NCBI GenBank assembly: GCA_963796105.1
Contig: CAWCKJ010000003.1
Coordinates: forward strand, 704,001-768,000
Source of the DNA: a candidate division FCPU426 bacterium
GTDB lineage: Bacteria > Oederibacteriota > Muellerivitia > Muellerivitales > Muellerivitaceae
DNA length: 64,000 nucleotides
Direction of reading: 5' to 3'
A program made the translations under genes and the position numbers. Below are positions 30,214 through 40,535 of the stretch, in pieces. How positions within the stretch are numbered: position 1 is the stretch's first letter; every line of letters starts with the position of its first letter. Below the pieces are notes generated by a model. That model made no database searches and was not told where the DNA came from. It saw only the letters and a list, made by a program, of their open reading frames with translations.

Positions 30214-30918
30214 TTTGCGGGCAGGACTACCGGAACCTGCGGGCAGGACCCCAAAACCTGCGGGCAGGACCACCGGAACCTGCGGGCAGGACCACCGACA
30301 CCTGCTCCTAGGAGTTCCAGATTCTTCTCCTAGGACTCCGGAAACCTGTTCCTAGGACTCTGGCACCTGCTCCTAGGACTCCGGAAACCTGCTCCTAGGA
30401 CCTCCGGATTCTGTTCCTAGGACTCCCGAAACCTGCTCCTAGGACCCCCGGAATCTGCTCCTAGAACTATCGGAACCTGCTCCTAGAACTCGTGGCTTCT
30501 GCGGGCAGGATTACAGTCATCTGCGGAAAGGGCCACCGGATCTGCAAATCGGAGACTCCATCCATACGGGTAGAGGGCCAATATGGGTATTTTAAAAGGG
30601 GAAGATCAAAACAGGACCGGCTGAAAGAACGGCGTGGATTTACCCACCAATCAACCACACCTGCCGTGAGCCCACATGGCGAACGGCAAGATTTGGTTGT
30701 ACCAACTGCCATAAGCAGTTGGTACAAGTTGATTGGTGACGGTTGATAATGGCTTGCAAATGGCCTTACGAATAGCTTTCCATAAACCATTTGTAGTGTC
30801 GGGCGAATTACCCGACCAATTGGAATGCAATTGGTATGCGGGAAGTTCAATAGTGGGCGACGGGAATGAAATGGATTAATTGCCTAAAGTGACGAATGAT
30901 GGCCAGACCCCATTGTTT
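30214..30918. repeat. long non-coding repeat element copy A (22-bp array plus palindromic core)
   Basis: 4 CTGCGGGCAGGAC-type and 9 CTGCTCCTAGGAC-type units, then a ~430-bp tail closely similar to ~41010-41448. Confidence 0.9.
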
Positions 30919-31121
30919 TACTGGAATACGGAGACCTCTTCGTGGCCGTCTACTTCGAGGGTGAAATCATCAAGGGGAAGCCAAAGCTCGCCCGCAAGCC
31001 CTACACCATTGTTTTTGGTCGTGAGGACGTTTTGCGTTTGGTCGAGTTCGAGGAAGGCTTACGCCATTACCCACTGAAAACCGTGCATGAGGTCATCAAA
31101 AGAAAGCGCCATCCGCGCTAG
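30918..31121 (+). pseudogene. 5'-truncated gene fragment abutting element A
   Basis: Open frame LLEYGDLFVAVYFEGEIIKGKPK...RKRHPR* with no start codon; an upstream in-frame TGA lies within the element. Confidence 0.4.
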
Positions 31122-31129
31122 ATACACCG

Positions 31130-31468
31130 TCACCGGATCGGGATGGACTTCGAGAGGGTGTTGAGTTGGTCGTTGAGTTGGGCCACCTGGGTGTCGGTCA
31201 GGGTCTTCGAGTTGTTCGCCTTGAGGTCGACGGATTCCTGCTTATGGATTGCATCGACCTGGGCCTTCAAGGTCTTGGCCTGGGCTTTGGTCAGCTTGCC
31301 CGCCTTTACTTCCTTCTGAATTTGGATGTTCTGCTGGCGTAGCCGGATGGTCAGACGATTCATGGGAGTATTCGGTAGAACCTTGGGCACGGTGGGCGTT
31401 GGCATTCCCGCCCCAAGGGCCGCGCCTTGGGCCATGACCAACATGAGAACCAACGCCAAGCACTTCAT
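31130..31468 (-). CDS. small secreted helical hypothetical protein
   Basis: Signal peptide MKCLALVLMLVMAQGAALG, GKLTKAQA/LTDTQ repeats, ATGA overlap with the upstream gene. Confidence 0.7.
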   Translation of the reverse strand: MKCLALVLMLVMAQGAALGAGMPTPTVPKVLPNTPMNRLTIRLRQQNIQIQKEVKAGKLTKAQAKTLKAQVDAIHKQESVDLKANNSKTLTDTQVAQLNDQLNTLSKSIPIR

Positions 31469-32025
31469 TTGAAGAACCTTTTCATCCAACCAGAAAACCC
31501 ATCCGCCGCCTCACCGTCACTGGAATATATTCTTCTGAAGAAAAAAACTTGTCCATTGTAGTAATAAGCCAACTCCCTGTTGATAGTCAGTTCAAAACAA
31601 CTTACGTAATGATCCTTTTCAGATGAAATATTGAGCAAATAAGCAGAAGGCCAATCCTCTTCTTTCTTAGGACCGTCTTTCCACAAAGCTAAATAATTCA
31701 AATCATCGTAATCCGCTTTGTCCTCAGCGTAGTCACCGATGAATAACTTCACTTTCTTCCATTCGTAGGTAGCATTTTTGATAACGTCTTTTGGAAAACA
31801 CAAAAAACTTTGAGAGTTTTTCCGAGAAAATTTCAAGCAGCCTTTTTCAAAATCAATTTTTTCACCGATTGCCTTTTTAGCATCCGACGACCCACCACCC
31901 TCAACCTCACCCTCGAAATATCGATAACACATCCACACGCCATAAAGATTGATAGGCGGTTTCGCAGTCTCCGCATAGCAACACCCGGCCAAAAGAAAAC
32001 AAATCAGAAGTACCTTTACTCTCAT
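31465..32025 (-). CDS. putative immunity lipoprotein for the RHS lysozyme toxin
   Basis: Directly downstream of the toxin stop, lipobox LAGC, AT-rich like the toxin tip. Confidence 0.6.
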   Translation of the reverse strand: MRVKVLLICFLLAGCCYAETAKPPINLYGVWMCYRYFEGEVEGGGSSDAKKAIGEKIDFEKGCLKFSRKNSQSFLCFPKDVIKNATYEWKKVKLFIGDYAEDKADYDDLNYLALWKDGPKKEEDWPSAYLLNISSEKDHYVSCFELTINRELAYYYNGQVFFFRRIYSSDGEAADGFSGWMKRFFK

Positions 32026-32033
32026 TCGATACC

Positions 32034-34673
32034 TCACTTGCGTCTCAAGTAAACGCCGTGTTGAAAAGCCATCGCATCCGCCAACCGACGTTGGAATTGA
32101 CCAGAATATCCAATAAAGAAATACTTTGGTGCGGCGGCATAGTCCGAACTATTTACCTCACAACGCAACATTGAATATCGAAGTGTATCGCCCCCAGCGT
32201 TGTAAACCAAATCCACCAGCCCATCAAATTCCTGTTGCTTCAGGGGAACTGATATTAGGCCCCGCAACTCACGCTCTCTTAGACTGACATCGTAAATAAA
32301 CTGACCTTCTGCCTGGTCCCTAGTCCAAAGGTCATATGGTTTACCCGCATCGTCTTTGTTAATTGTCTTAGGATGAATTTTGTGCCCATAGCCATTGTTC
32401 GCATTCCCTTTCTTGTCGGCAAGTGGTGTGTTGAGCTGACCCCCGTATTCGTTGTAAAGACAAAACATCCCATTTCTAATAACACAACCTTCCCAGTTCT
32501 TGATCCAATCCTGCGCCGCCCCACTGGTAAACAACATATCCACCGGCCATCTTCCACCTGCGAAAAGATCGCCCTTTAGCATCTCCCCTTCCCTCGGTGC
32601 CGTCAGCTCAATGCTTTCGTCGCCAAAGTCGTTTCCTGTGGGGTCGGTCTTGTCGGTCGGATCGTTGGCGAAACCGGCGTACTTGTTGAGGGTCAGCGGG
32701 TCTTGCGGATCGCCCTCGTAGCTGTCCATGCCCATAAACCGGCCCTCGTTGGGGTTGTACCACCTGGCCCTGAGATAAACGAAACCCGTTTCCGGTTCTG
32801 TGTATTCCCCTTGGAATCCCGGCCCAAGGCTGGTCGTGCCCGCCCGCCTCAAGACGTTCCCAAACGCGTCATAATCCAGGGCGTCCGTCACGTTCCCACC
32901 GTCGTCAAGCACCAGACGGATATTGCCGGTGGCGTCGGCGACAAAGTAATTCGCCACCCAACTCACGCCCGTATTCTGCACTTGGTACAGCGGCCCCTTG
33001 AGGCCGTACACGTAGCGCCTCACCACCTGGCCGTTGACGAGTTCCTCCGACACCTGCGGGTTGGCCGTCAAGTTGTGCCTGTCCCACAAGTAATTAGTGG
33101 TCACCCCGGTCAGGTTGTTGGTCTTCTGTACCCGTAATCCGTCGCCATCATAAAGATAGGAAACATCCACGCCCGTTCCCGTCACGTGAGTCAACTGGTT
33201 CAAGGTGTTGTAGGTGTAGGTAAAGCCCCTTCCGTCGCTGGTCTGGTTTCCGTTCTGGTCAAAGTTAAATGTCGGCTTCAACTGATCCGCCGCGTCATAG
33301 GCCCCGTTGAAAGTCTGCGTGGGGATCGCCACCACGCTGGAAATGCGCTGTTGCCTGTTGCCCACCGGATCGTAGGAATAACCCACCATGCCCGTGTTGC
33401 CCGCCGGGTCTGTAACGATCTGCTCGCTCGTGAGCCGGTACAAGTCATCCGGCGTCCAGGTTACCGCCCTGCCGCTGGCTTCCTGCACCCCGATACGGTT
33501 CCCGGCCAGTCCCAGGGTGTAGGTATAACTGCCCACGACACCCGCCCCGCTTGTCACCGTCACCGCAGTCACCCGGTTCAAGGCGTCCACCCCGTAGGTC
33601 AGGGTCACGGCATCGGGCAGAACCTGGCTCACCAAATTGCCTACGCTGTCATAGCTCACGAGGGCCGTCTTTGCCCCGTCCAGGATGGTGGCCGGTCGGT
33701 TCAAAGCATCAAGCTGATACGTCAAGTTGTTGCCGTTCGTGTTCGAGGAAGAAACCGTATTCACCTGGCCGTTTCCATAATTGGTATAGGTCAAGGAACC
33801 CCACCCATAAGGGCCGAACTGGCCTGTCATGTGGTCCCTCTCGTCGTGGTTGAAGGTCGTGGCCCCGGAAGCGTCGTTCATCACCACCCGCATCTGGGCG
33901 TTGTCGTAGGTGTAACCAAGCGCCACTCCCGAAGCGGAAACCCCCGTCAAGTGGTCGCTGGTATCGTACCCGTATGTGAAGGCGTTCCCCGCGAAGTCGG
34001 TCTTGTTGAGCAAATTGCCCACGCCGTCATAGTTGGTGTAATTTTCCGTGCGGCCATCTGGTAAATGCCGCGTCGTGCGGCGGTTCATGATGTTCCAGGT
34101 GTACGAGGTTGAGTGGGTGTTCGCGTCCACCTGCGTCAGCTTGTTCCCCACCGCATCGAAAGTTCCATCCGTCCTGAAGGTGCCCAGGCTCGAAATCTGC
34201 CTCGTCTCCGTGAGCCTGCCCTGTCCGTCCAACGTGAACTCCGTGCGCTTGCTGGCCTGATCCACCGTGGCCGTGGTTCTCCCGTCGTTGTCGTACTCCG
34301 TGGTCTCGTAGGTTCCATCCGGGTAATCCACCCGCGTCGGGCGGTTCATGTTGTCGTAAGTTTCGTTGGTGATCTGGAAACGCCCATCCACGCTCACCGT
34401 CTTCTCGTTTCCATTCTCGTCGTAGGTGTAATCCGTCTCCTGCTGGTTGGAGGTGCCATAACCCGTGATGACCGAGATTTTCCTCCCCGCGTCGTCATAC
34501 CGGGTCACGGTTACCTTTCCGTTTTCATCCGTCACCGCCGACGGTCGCCCCTGCGCGTCCGGTTGGGTCGTCACCCGGCTTCCATCCTGGTAGCTGACCG
34601 CCGTGACAAAACCCGCCGCATTGTAGGTGGTGATGGTGGTGCGGCCTCCCCGGTCGGTCACTGTCGCGGGCCG
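32034..34673 (-). pseudogene. RHS toxin 3' part: YD repeats, RHS core, GH24-like lysozyme tip
   Basis: YLRARWYNP..GRF...DPTG, then IKNWEG...GYGH...LKQQEFDGLVDLVYNAG...RR; separated from its 5' part by IS21. Confidence 0.85.
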
Positions 34674-34836
34674 TGTCATTGGCCACGAGCTTTAACCCCC
34701 TAGCTGGCCAAGCACTTTGACCCCACCTCTGGCCAGTCACTTTGACCCCCTGTCTGGCCACCGACTTTGACCCCCTTGCCAAGGGCCTCTCTAACCGTCA
34801 TTCCTTTCTTTTTTCACTTCATGTGAGGAGAACGGC

Positions 34837-36393
34837 ATGACCCGACAAGGGAGGCAGAGCGACATGACGACTATTCGTGAGATTTTGAGGACTTACCAGG
34901 CCTTGGGCGGGTTCAAACCCACTGCCCGGGCCCTGGGATGCAATAAGCACACGGTCAAGCAATACGTGCGTTGGGCGAAAGAACATGGCTTTCTCCAAGG
35001 GGAACTTTCCCTGGAAAAGGATTTGGCGAAGGCTTGGGAAGACGGCGAAAAATCCACGCCCGTTCCCGCTCATGCCTTGGAGGCCCTCAAGGGAATCATC
35101 CAAGAATGGTTGAAGGAAGATTTCACCTTGATTCGCATCCAGGAGATGCTTCAAGAGCGGCACGGGTGGAAGGGGAGTTACTCGACCCTGAAGAGGTATA
35201 CGGAGCCTTTTCGCAATGAGAAACCCGCCTACGTGAGGCTGGAGGTTGCGCCCGGCGAGGAGGCCCAAGTGGATTTCGGGCTTTTGGGCCGCTTGTGGGA
35301 CGAGACGCGTGGCAAGCAAGCCAAGGCCTGGGTTTTCGTGATGACCCTTTCCCATTCCCGGCATATGTACGCCGAGATTGTATTCGCACAGGACGTGAGA
35401 ACCTGGATCGCCTGCCACCGCCGGGCTTTCGAGTTCTTCAATTCAGTCCCTAAAAAAATCGTAATCGATAACCTGAAAAGCGCCATCGTCAAGGCGGCCC
35501 TCTATGATCCCTTGGCCAACCGTACCTACGTGGAATGCGCCAACCATTACGGCTTCATCATCTCCCCTTGCCGCGTCGCCACTCCACGCCACAAGGGTAA
35601 AGTTGAACGCGGCGTGCCCTATGTCCGTAATTCCTTCTTCAAGGGTCGTTCCTTCCAGGGCCGCACCGATGCCAACCATCAACTCCGCGATTGGGTGATG
35701 AACAAGGCAGGTTTACGGGATCATGGCACCACCCGGCTTCAACCCTTGGCCGTCTTCCAGAGCGTGGAACAGAAGGCCCTTTTGCCCCTGCCTACCGCGG
35801 CTTACCATCCAACTTTCTTCAAAGAAGCCACTCTGCACCCCGATTGCCACGTAGTCGTGGAAGGTTCCTATTACTCGGCTCCCTACCGTCTTCGGGGCCA
35901 AAAACTACTGGCCCAATTAACCGACACCACCGTTGATATATTTCTCAAACACGAATGCGTGGCTTCCCACGCCAAGGCCACACGCAAGGGAACCTGGCGC
36001 ACCAACCCGGGCCACTATCCCCCTGAAAAAGCGGTCTTCTTGGAACGAACCCCACAATGGTGCCTCAAACAGGCCCAGGCCATTGGACCTAATACCCATC
36101 AATTAATCCAACTCCTGCTGGAACACTCCCACCCCCTGGACCACCTGCGCAAAGCCCAGGGCATTCTGCGCTTGAGGGAAAAGTACCTGCCTTCCCGTCT
36201 GGAGGCAGCCTGTCTAAGGGCCCTCCATTTCGGAAACTACACGTACCAATCCATCAAAAACATCCTTCAAAAGAACCTCGATCAAAACCCGTTGGACCCG
36301 CCGTCGGATCCTTCACTCAAACCCCAGTCGTCTTTCGATTTCGCCCGGCCCGCGGAGGATTTCCTCCGTGCCTTGGCTCTGGATAAAAATTGA
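34837..36393 (+). CDS. istA: IS21 transposase
   Basis: PGEEAQVDFG, VIDNLKS, HKGKVERGV (DDE), YYSAPY. Confidence 0.95.
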   Translation: MTRQGRQSDMTTIREILRTYQALGGFKPTARALGCNKHTVKQYVRWAKEHGFLQGELSLEKDLAKAWEDGEKSTPVPAHALEALKGIIQEWLKEDFTLIRIQEMLQERHGWKGSYSTLKRYTEPFRNEKPAYVRLEVAPGEEAQVDFGLLGRLWDETRGKQAKAWVFVMTLSHSRHMYAEIVFAQDVRTWIACHRRAFEFFNSVPKKIVIDNLKSAIVKAALYDPLANRTYVECANHYGFIISPCRVATPRHKGKVERGVPYVRNSFFKGRSFQGRTDANHQLRDWVMNKAGLRDHGTTRLQPLAVFQSVEQKALLPLPTAAYHPTFFKEATLHPDCHVVVEGSYYSAPYRLRGQKLLAQLTDTTVDIFLKHECVASHAKATRKGTWRTNPGHYPPEKAVFLERTPQWCLKQAQAIGPNTHQLIQLLLEHSHPLDHLRKAQGILRLREKYLPSRLEAACLRALHFGNYTYQSIKNILQKNLDQNPLDPPSDPSLKPQSSFDFARPAEDFLRALALDKN

Positions 36394-36406
36394 GGAGGAA
36401 ACATAT

Positions 36407-37186
36407 ATGGAAAATAAACATCAGTTGGAGCCGCACCTGAGAAGGTTAAAACTCGCAGGTATGTTGGAGACGCTGGAAATCCGAAACCAGCAGGCCATTG
36501 AATCCCAGATCGGTTATATGGATTTCCTGGGCCAGTTGCTGTTGGATGAGCTGGAGCGCCGCCAAGTGGGCCAACTCCAAAGAAGGCTGAAAAAGGCGGG
36601 CTTCTCAACCCATATGACTCTAACGGGGTTCGATTTCGCTTTCAACCCGGCCATCAACCGGCAACAAATCCTGGATTTGGGTACTTGTTCTTTCGTGGAG
36701 CGAAAAGAGAACCTATTTTTCATCGGTCCCTCAGGTGTGGGCAAAACCCATTTGGCCTGCGCTTTGGCCCATGAAGTCTGCCGCAAGGGTTATGAGGTAC
36801 TCTTTATCAAGACCTCGCATGCGGCCCAACGATTAGCGGCCTCGCGCGGGGACGGTACCTGGGAAAACCGATTCGCATCCTTCCTGAAACCCGACCTCTT
36901 GATCCTGGACGACTGGGGTCTCAAGCCCTTCGACACCAAGGTCGCCGAGGATTTTTACGACATCATCTGTGAGCGTTATGAAAAGGGCTCCTTGATTTTT
37001 ACCACCAACCGCAGTCTGCGGGAGTGGCCGGAGCTTTTCGGCGACGCCCTCCTAGCCTCGGCTGCCATGGACCGCCTGGTCCACCATGCCACTGCCGTCG
37101 TCATTCAGGGCCCTTCCTTTCGGACCCGTTCCATGCGCGAAGAAATGAAAAAAGAACACAGCAGGGAAAAAGAGGCAAAACTATGA
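36407..37186 (+). CDS. istB: IS21 helper ATPase
   Basis: GPSGVGKTH, LLILDDWG, TTN, DRLVHH; GAGGAGG RBS. Confidence 0.95.
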   Translation: MENKHQLEPHLRRLKLAGMLETLEIRNQQAIESQIGYMDFLGQLLLDELERRQVGQLQRRLKKAGFSTHMTLTGFDFAFNPAINRQQILDLGTCSFVERKENLFFIGPSGVGKTHLACALAHEVCRKGYEVLFIKTSHAAQRLAASRGDGTWENRFASFLKPDLLILDDWGLKPFDTKVAEDFYDIICERYEKGSLIFTTNRSLREWPELFGDALLASAAMDRLVHHATAVVIQGPSFRTRSMREEMKKEHSREKEAKL

Positions 37187-37444
37187 GAAACCCATCGTTC
37201 GATGCTGTCTTATTCGTGCAATCTTGCGCCTATTGGTTACGGGATTTGCGCGGGACTTCGTATCATCCAATGTTGGGGAAGCAAAACGCATCTTGTGAAA
37301 GGAGTTTGATGGGTCTAAATTAATCTAAAAAAAAGGCCCCGCAAGGCAGGGGTCGAAGTCCCCGAAACAGGCACCCCTCGAAGTGCCCAAAAGAGGGGGG
37401 GCAAAGTAGGCGGCCAGGGGGGTCAAAGTGACTGGCCAGTGACA

Positions 37445-39630
37445 GGCCGCCCATCCGCGTCGTAACCAGTGATTTGACTCGTGTTGTCGAAATTGTACTG
37501 GATGGTGGCCGCCTCACCCCTGGCGTTGTAGAAAGTGCTCGTCTGGCGGCTGTTCTGGTCCTGGGTTCCAATCATGTGCCCTGAACTGTCATAGGTCGTC
37601 TGGCTGTTCGTTCCGTCGGGATAGATGGTTTCTACCAAGCGGTTGGAAAGGTCGTATTGATAAACGGTGGTCTCCATCCCCGCGCCGGAAGTCTTCGCCT
37701 CGGTCAGCCGGTTCCCGTTGGAGTCGTAGGTATATGTTGTCACCAAAGCCGCACTCGACCCCGCCGCCGTGGTCTGGGTGAGCATATTGCCCGCACTGTC
37801 GTAAGTGCTTTGGGTCATGATTCCCGCCGGGTCGGTTACCAGTGTTTGGTTGCCATTGGCGTCGTAGCTGTAACTGTTGGGTGAGAATCCCGTGACCTGG
37901 CTCATGGACAAATTGCCCTTGGAATCATAGGTATTGGTGATCTGGATACCCCTGGGGGCGGTCAGGGTCAGCACATGGCCCTGGGCGTCATAGACATAGC
38001 TGGTGGTCAGGTTTTGGGTGGAACCGTTGGGATTGGGGATAGTCTCTTGGGTCAGCAACCGAGGATTGCGAAGCAGGCCCGTGGCCGGGTCAATGTCATG
38101 GTAAATGAAGGTGCTGGCCGACTGGTTGCCCGGTAAAAGCTCACTCGTCCGGTTGTCGTACTGGTCATAGGTGTACTTCGTCACGTTCCCCAAGGCGTCG
38201 GTTTGTTGAAGGATATTTCCCCTGTTGTCGTACTGGTATTGGATCGGCTGGCCCGTCCGGTCAGTCACCGCCTCACTGTTCGCGGCTAGGTTGTAAGAGT
38301 AGTGGATGACGTTCCCGAAAGCGTCCACGGAATCTATTTTGCGGCCCTGACTGTCATAATCCGTCCGTACCTGGACGTGCCCGGTCGGGTCTTTGATGGA
38401 GATGAGGCCGTGCGTGTTGTTGTAGGTATAAACAACCTTCTGCCCTTTGCTCGCCATGAATGGGTCTTGGAAAGTCGCTAGATCGTTCGACCCCCCATAC
38501 GTATAGGTGTAGGTGTAAGTGGGCGTGTACGTGCAATAGGGACATGGCGCCTGGGTATAGGTTTTGGTCGGGGTAAAAGTGACATGTGTGGCGCTGGGAT
38601 TGCAAAGATTGGATTGGGTGTAAATTCCAGTGCTCCCATTCTGGATAATTCCATCATTTTGCAGGCCGCCGGCGCCGCCCTGGACCGAGACTGAACCTGT
38701 AAAGGTGTTGCTTCCCAAAACGCAAAAAGCCACTAAACCGCCGCTGCCTCCCCCTCCAGCGGGGCAATCGAAGTCATCATTCCTTCCAGCGTTTCCACCT
38801 TGTCCGCCATTGGCCTTGACGGTTCCGGTGCCAGTGAGGTTATTCGCCTGGATATTGACCGCACCACCAGCGCCTCCGCCAGCGCCCGTCAAGTTATCCC
38901 CGTTATCGGAATAGCTTAAAGTCGAGGGTGACGCGCCATCCGTTCCGCTGAAATCCATCAACCCGTTAAAGTAAACGGTGCCGTTCAAGGCCTGCAGGAC
39001 AAGCGCCGCGCCTCCGTTACCGCCAGGTATCGAGATAAAACCAACCTGGTTAGGTTGACGCAGGTCTTGCCCGCAGGCGCCGCCACTCCCGGGTTGGGTA
39101 GGGTTCGCGGAATCGTCATAACCAATCCCGCCGCAACAGCTGGGATAATAAAGGCCGCCCGCGGGGGGATTATATTCATAGGTGCTTCCTCCCCCTGGGC
39201 CGGCATGACCCCCGCCGCCGCCGCCGGCTGCATCGGCATTTTCATTTGGCGTTCCATACCACCCCTTACCCGGCCCTTCCCCCAAACCATATGGGTCGGG
39301 TTGCGCGCAGCCTACGTAACCTAGGCCAGTCCCAATAATGGAACCCCCGGAATCAATCGTGACATCACCGGATAAGGTTAATGTCACGGCGCCGATAATA
39401 TAGAGCGTGCCTCCGGAATAAATATGGAGACTGCAGAGGTTGTATGTCCCAGGGTTCAAATAGGCGAATCCTGTGACGGACCAATTACAGGGCGGGTTGG
39501 AGAAGGTCGGGGTAGGCGTAAAGGTGATGGTTCGCGTGAGTGTGGGCGTAGAGGTGTTTTGTGCCAGGGCTTGGAGAGTCCCCAGCCAGGTAAAAAGCAG
39601 TAGGTAAAATATATTTCTGTTTGAACTCAT
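37445..39630 (-). pseudogene. RHS toxin 5' part: signal peptide, Gly-rich domain, TP linker, YD repeats
   Basis: Removing the IS and one TSD joins GYDADGR-PATVTDRG in frame, giving a 1606-aa protein. Confidence 0.85.
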
Positions 39631-39914
39631 AGCATCACCTTCATATCCCCAGACGACTAATTCCAATTATATCCCAATTTATTCATGAAATATTTTATAA
39701 ACATGAGCCTAAACCGTGATAATCGCGCCTTTTTTCATCCTTTTGAAACTGGGTATCCGGCATCTGCGGACAGGACTACTTAGGAATAACAAAAGAAATT
39801 TTAAATTTTAAGTTTTGAATTCTAAGTTCCGGCTGGATTTCCGGATTTCGGAAATTCTCAATAATTCAACATTTAACATTCAAAATTAAGAATTGCAGTT
39901 GAAGTGTGGGTCGG

Positions 39915-40440
39915 GAAGTTCCCAGGTTCCCGGCCAGTTCCCGGGTTCCAGGCTGGTTCCAGGAGTTCCAGAGTTCCAGGTTTCCCGGATTACAAGGTTC
40001 CAGGCCGGTTCCAGGAGTTCCAGAGTTCCAGGTTTTCCGGATTACAAGGTTCCAGGCCGGTTCCAGGAGTTCCAGAGTTCCAGGTTTTCCGGATCACAAG
40101 GTTCCAGGCCAGTTCCAGAAGTTCCAGAGTTCCAAGTTTCCCGAATTACAAGGTTCCAGGCCAGTTCCAGGAGTTCCAGAGTTCCAGGTTTCCCGGATTA
40201 CAAGGTTCCAGGCCGGTTCCAGGAGTTCCAGAGTTCCAGGGTTCCCGGATTACGAGGTTCCAGGCCAGTTCCAGAAGTTCCAGAGTTCCAGGTTTCCCAG
40301 GTACCAAGGTTCCAGGCCAGTTCCAGAAGTTCCAGAGTTCCAGGTTTTCCGGATCACAAGGTTCCAGGCCAGTTCCAGGAGTTCCAGAGTTCCAGGTTTC
40401 CGGGATTACAAGGTTCCAGGCCAGTTCCGGGGTTCCAGGC
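39915..40440. repeat. 52-bp tandem repeat (about 9-10 units) built from GTTCCAGR octamers
   Basis: ATTACAAGG-like core at 39989, 40041, 40093, 40145, 40197, 40249, 40301, 40353 and 40405. Confidence 0.92.
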
Positions 40441-40535
40441 CTGTATCCCGAAGCTTAATGCGTAGGGAGGGCCAGTTCTCGGGTTCCGGCGGATGTTCTT
40501 AGGCAACCCGCCATGCCGGTAGGCGACCCCCGCCA

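Larger units (their letters stand above)
34674..37444 (+). mobile_element. complete IS21-family insertion sequence, 2771 bp, TSD GGCCG
   Basis: Ends TGTCATTGGCCA / TGGCCAGTGACA, multiple subterminal TGGCCA..CTTTGACCCC repeats, GGCCG at 34669-73 and 37445-49, istA-istB inside. Confidence 0.95.

Noticed and set aside
30214..30560. CRISPR or TIGR-like array call for the 22-bp repeats (also 40536-41080)
   Set aside because: The constant part is only 14 nt, linkers are 7-8 nt and similar to each other, and there is no cas or Nop-domain gene nearby.
30467..30850. ORFs in the duplicated element (also 41141-41380, 30492-30746)
   Set aside because: Similarity only reflects the DNA duplication; indels break the frames differently in each copy, and the sequence is dominated by palindromes.
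32034..39666. Two independent RHS genes as listed in the ORF track
   Set aside because: The TSD and in-frame rejoining show one gene split by IS21.
39893..40502. Three overlapping ~190-aa ORFs in all + frames
   Set aside because: By-product of a stop-free 52-bp repeat; no RBS or domain.
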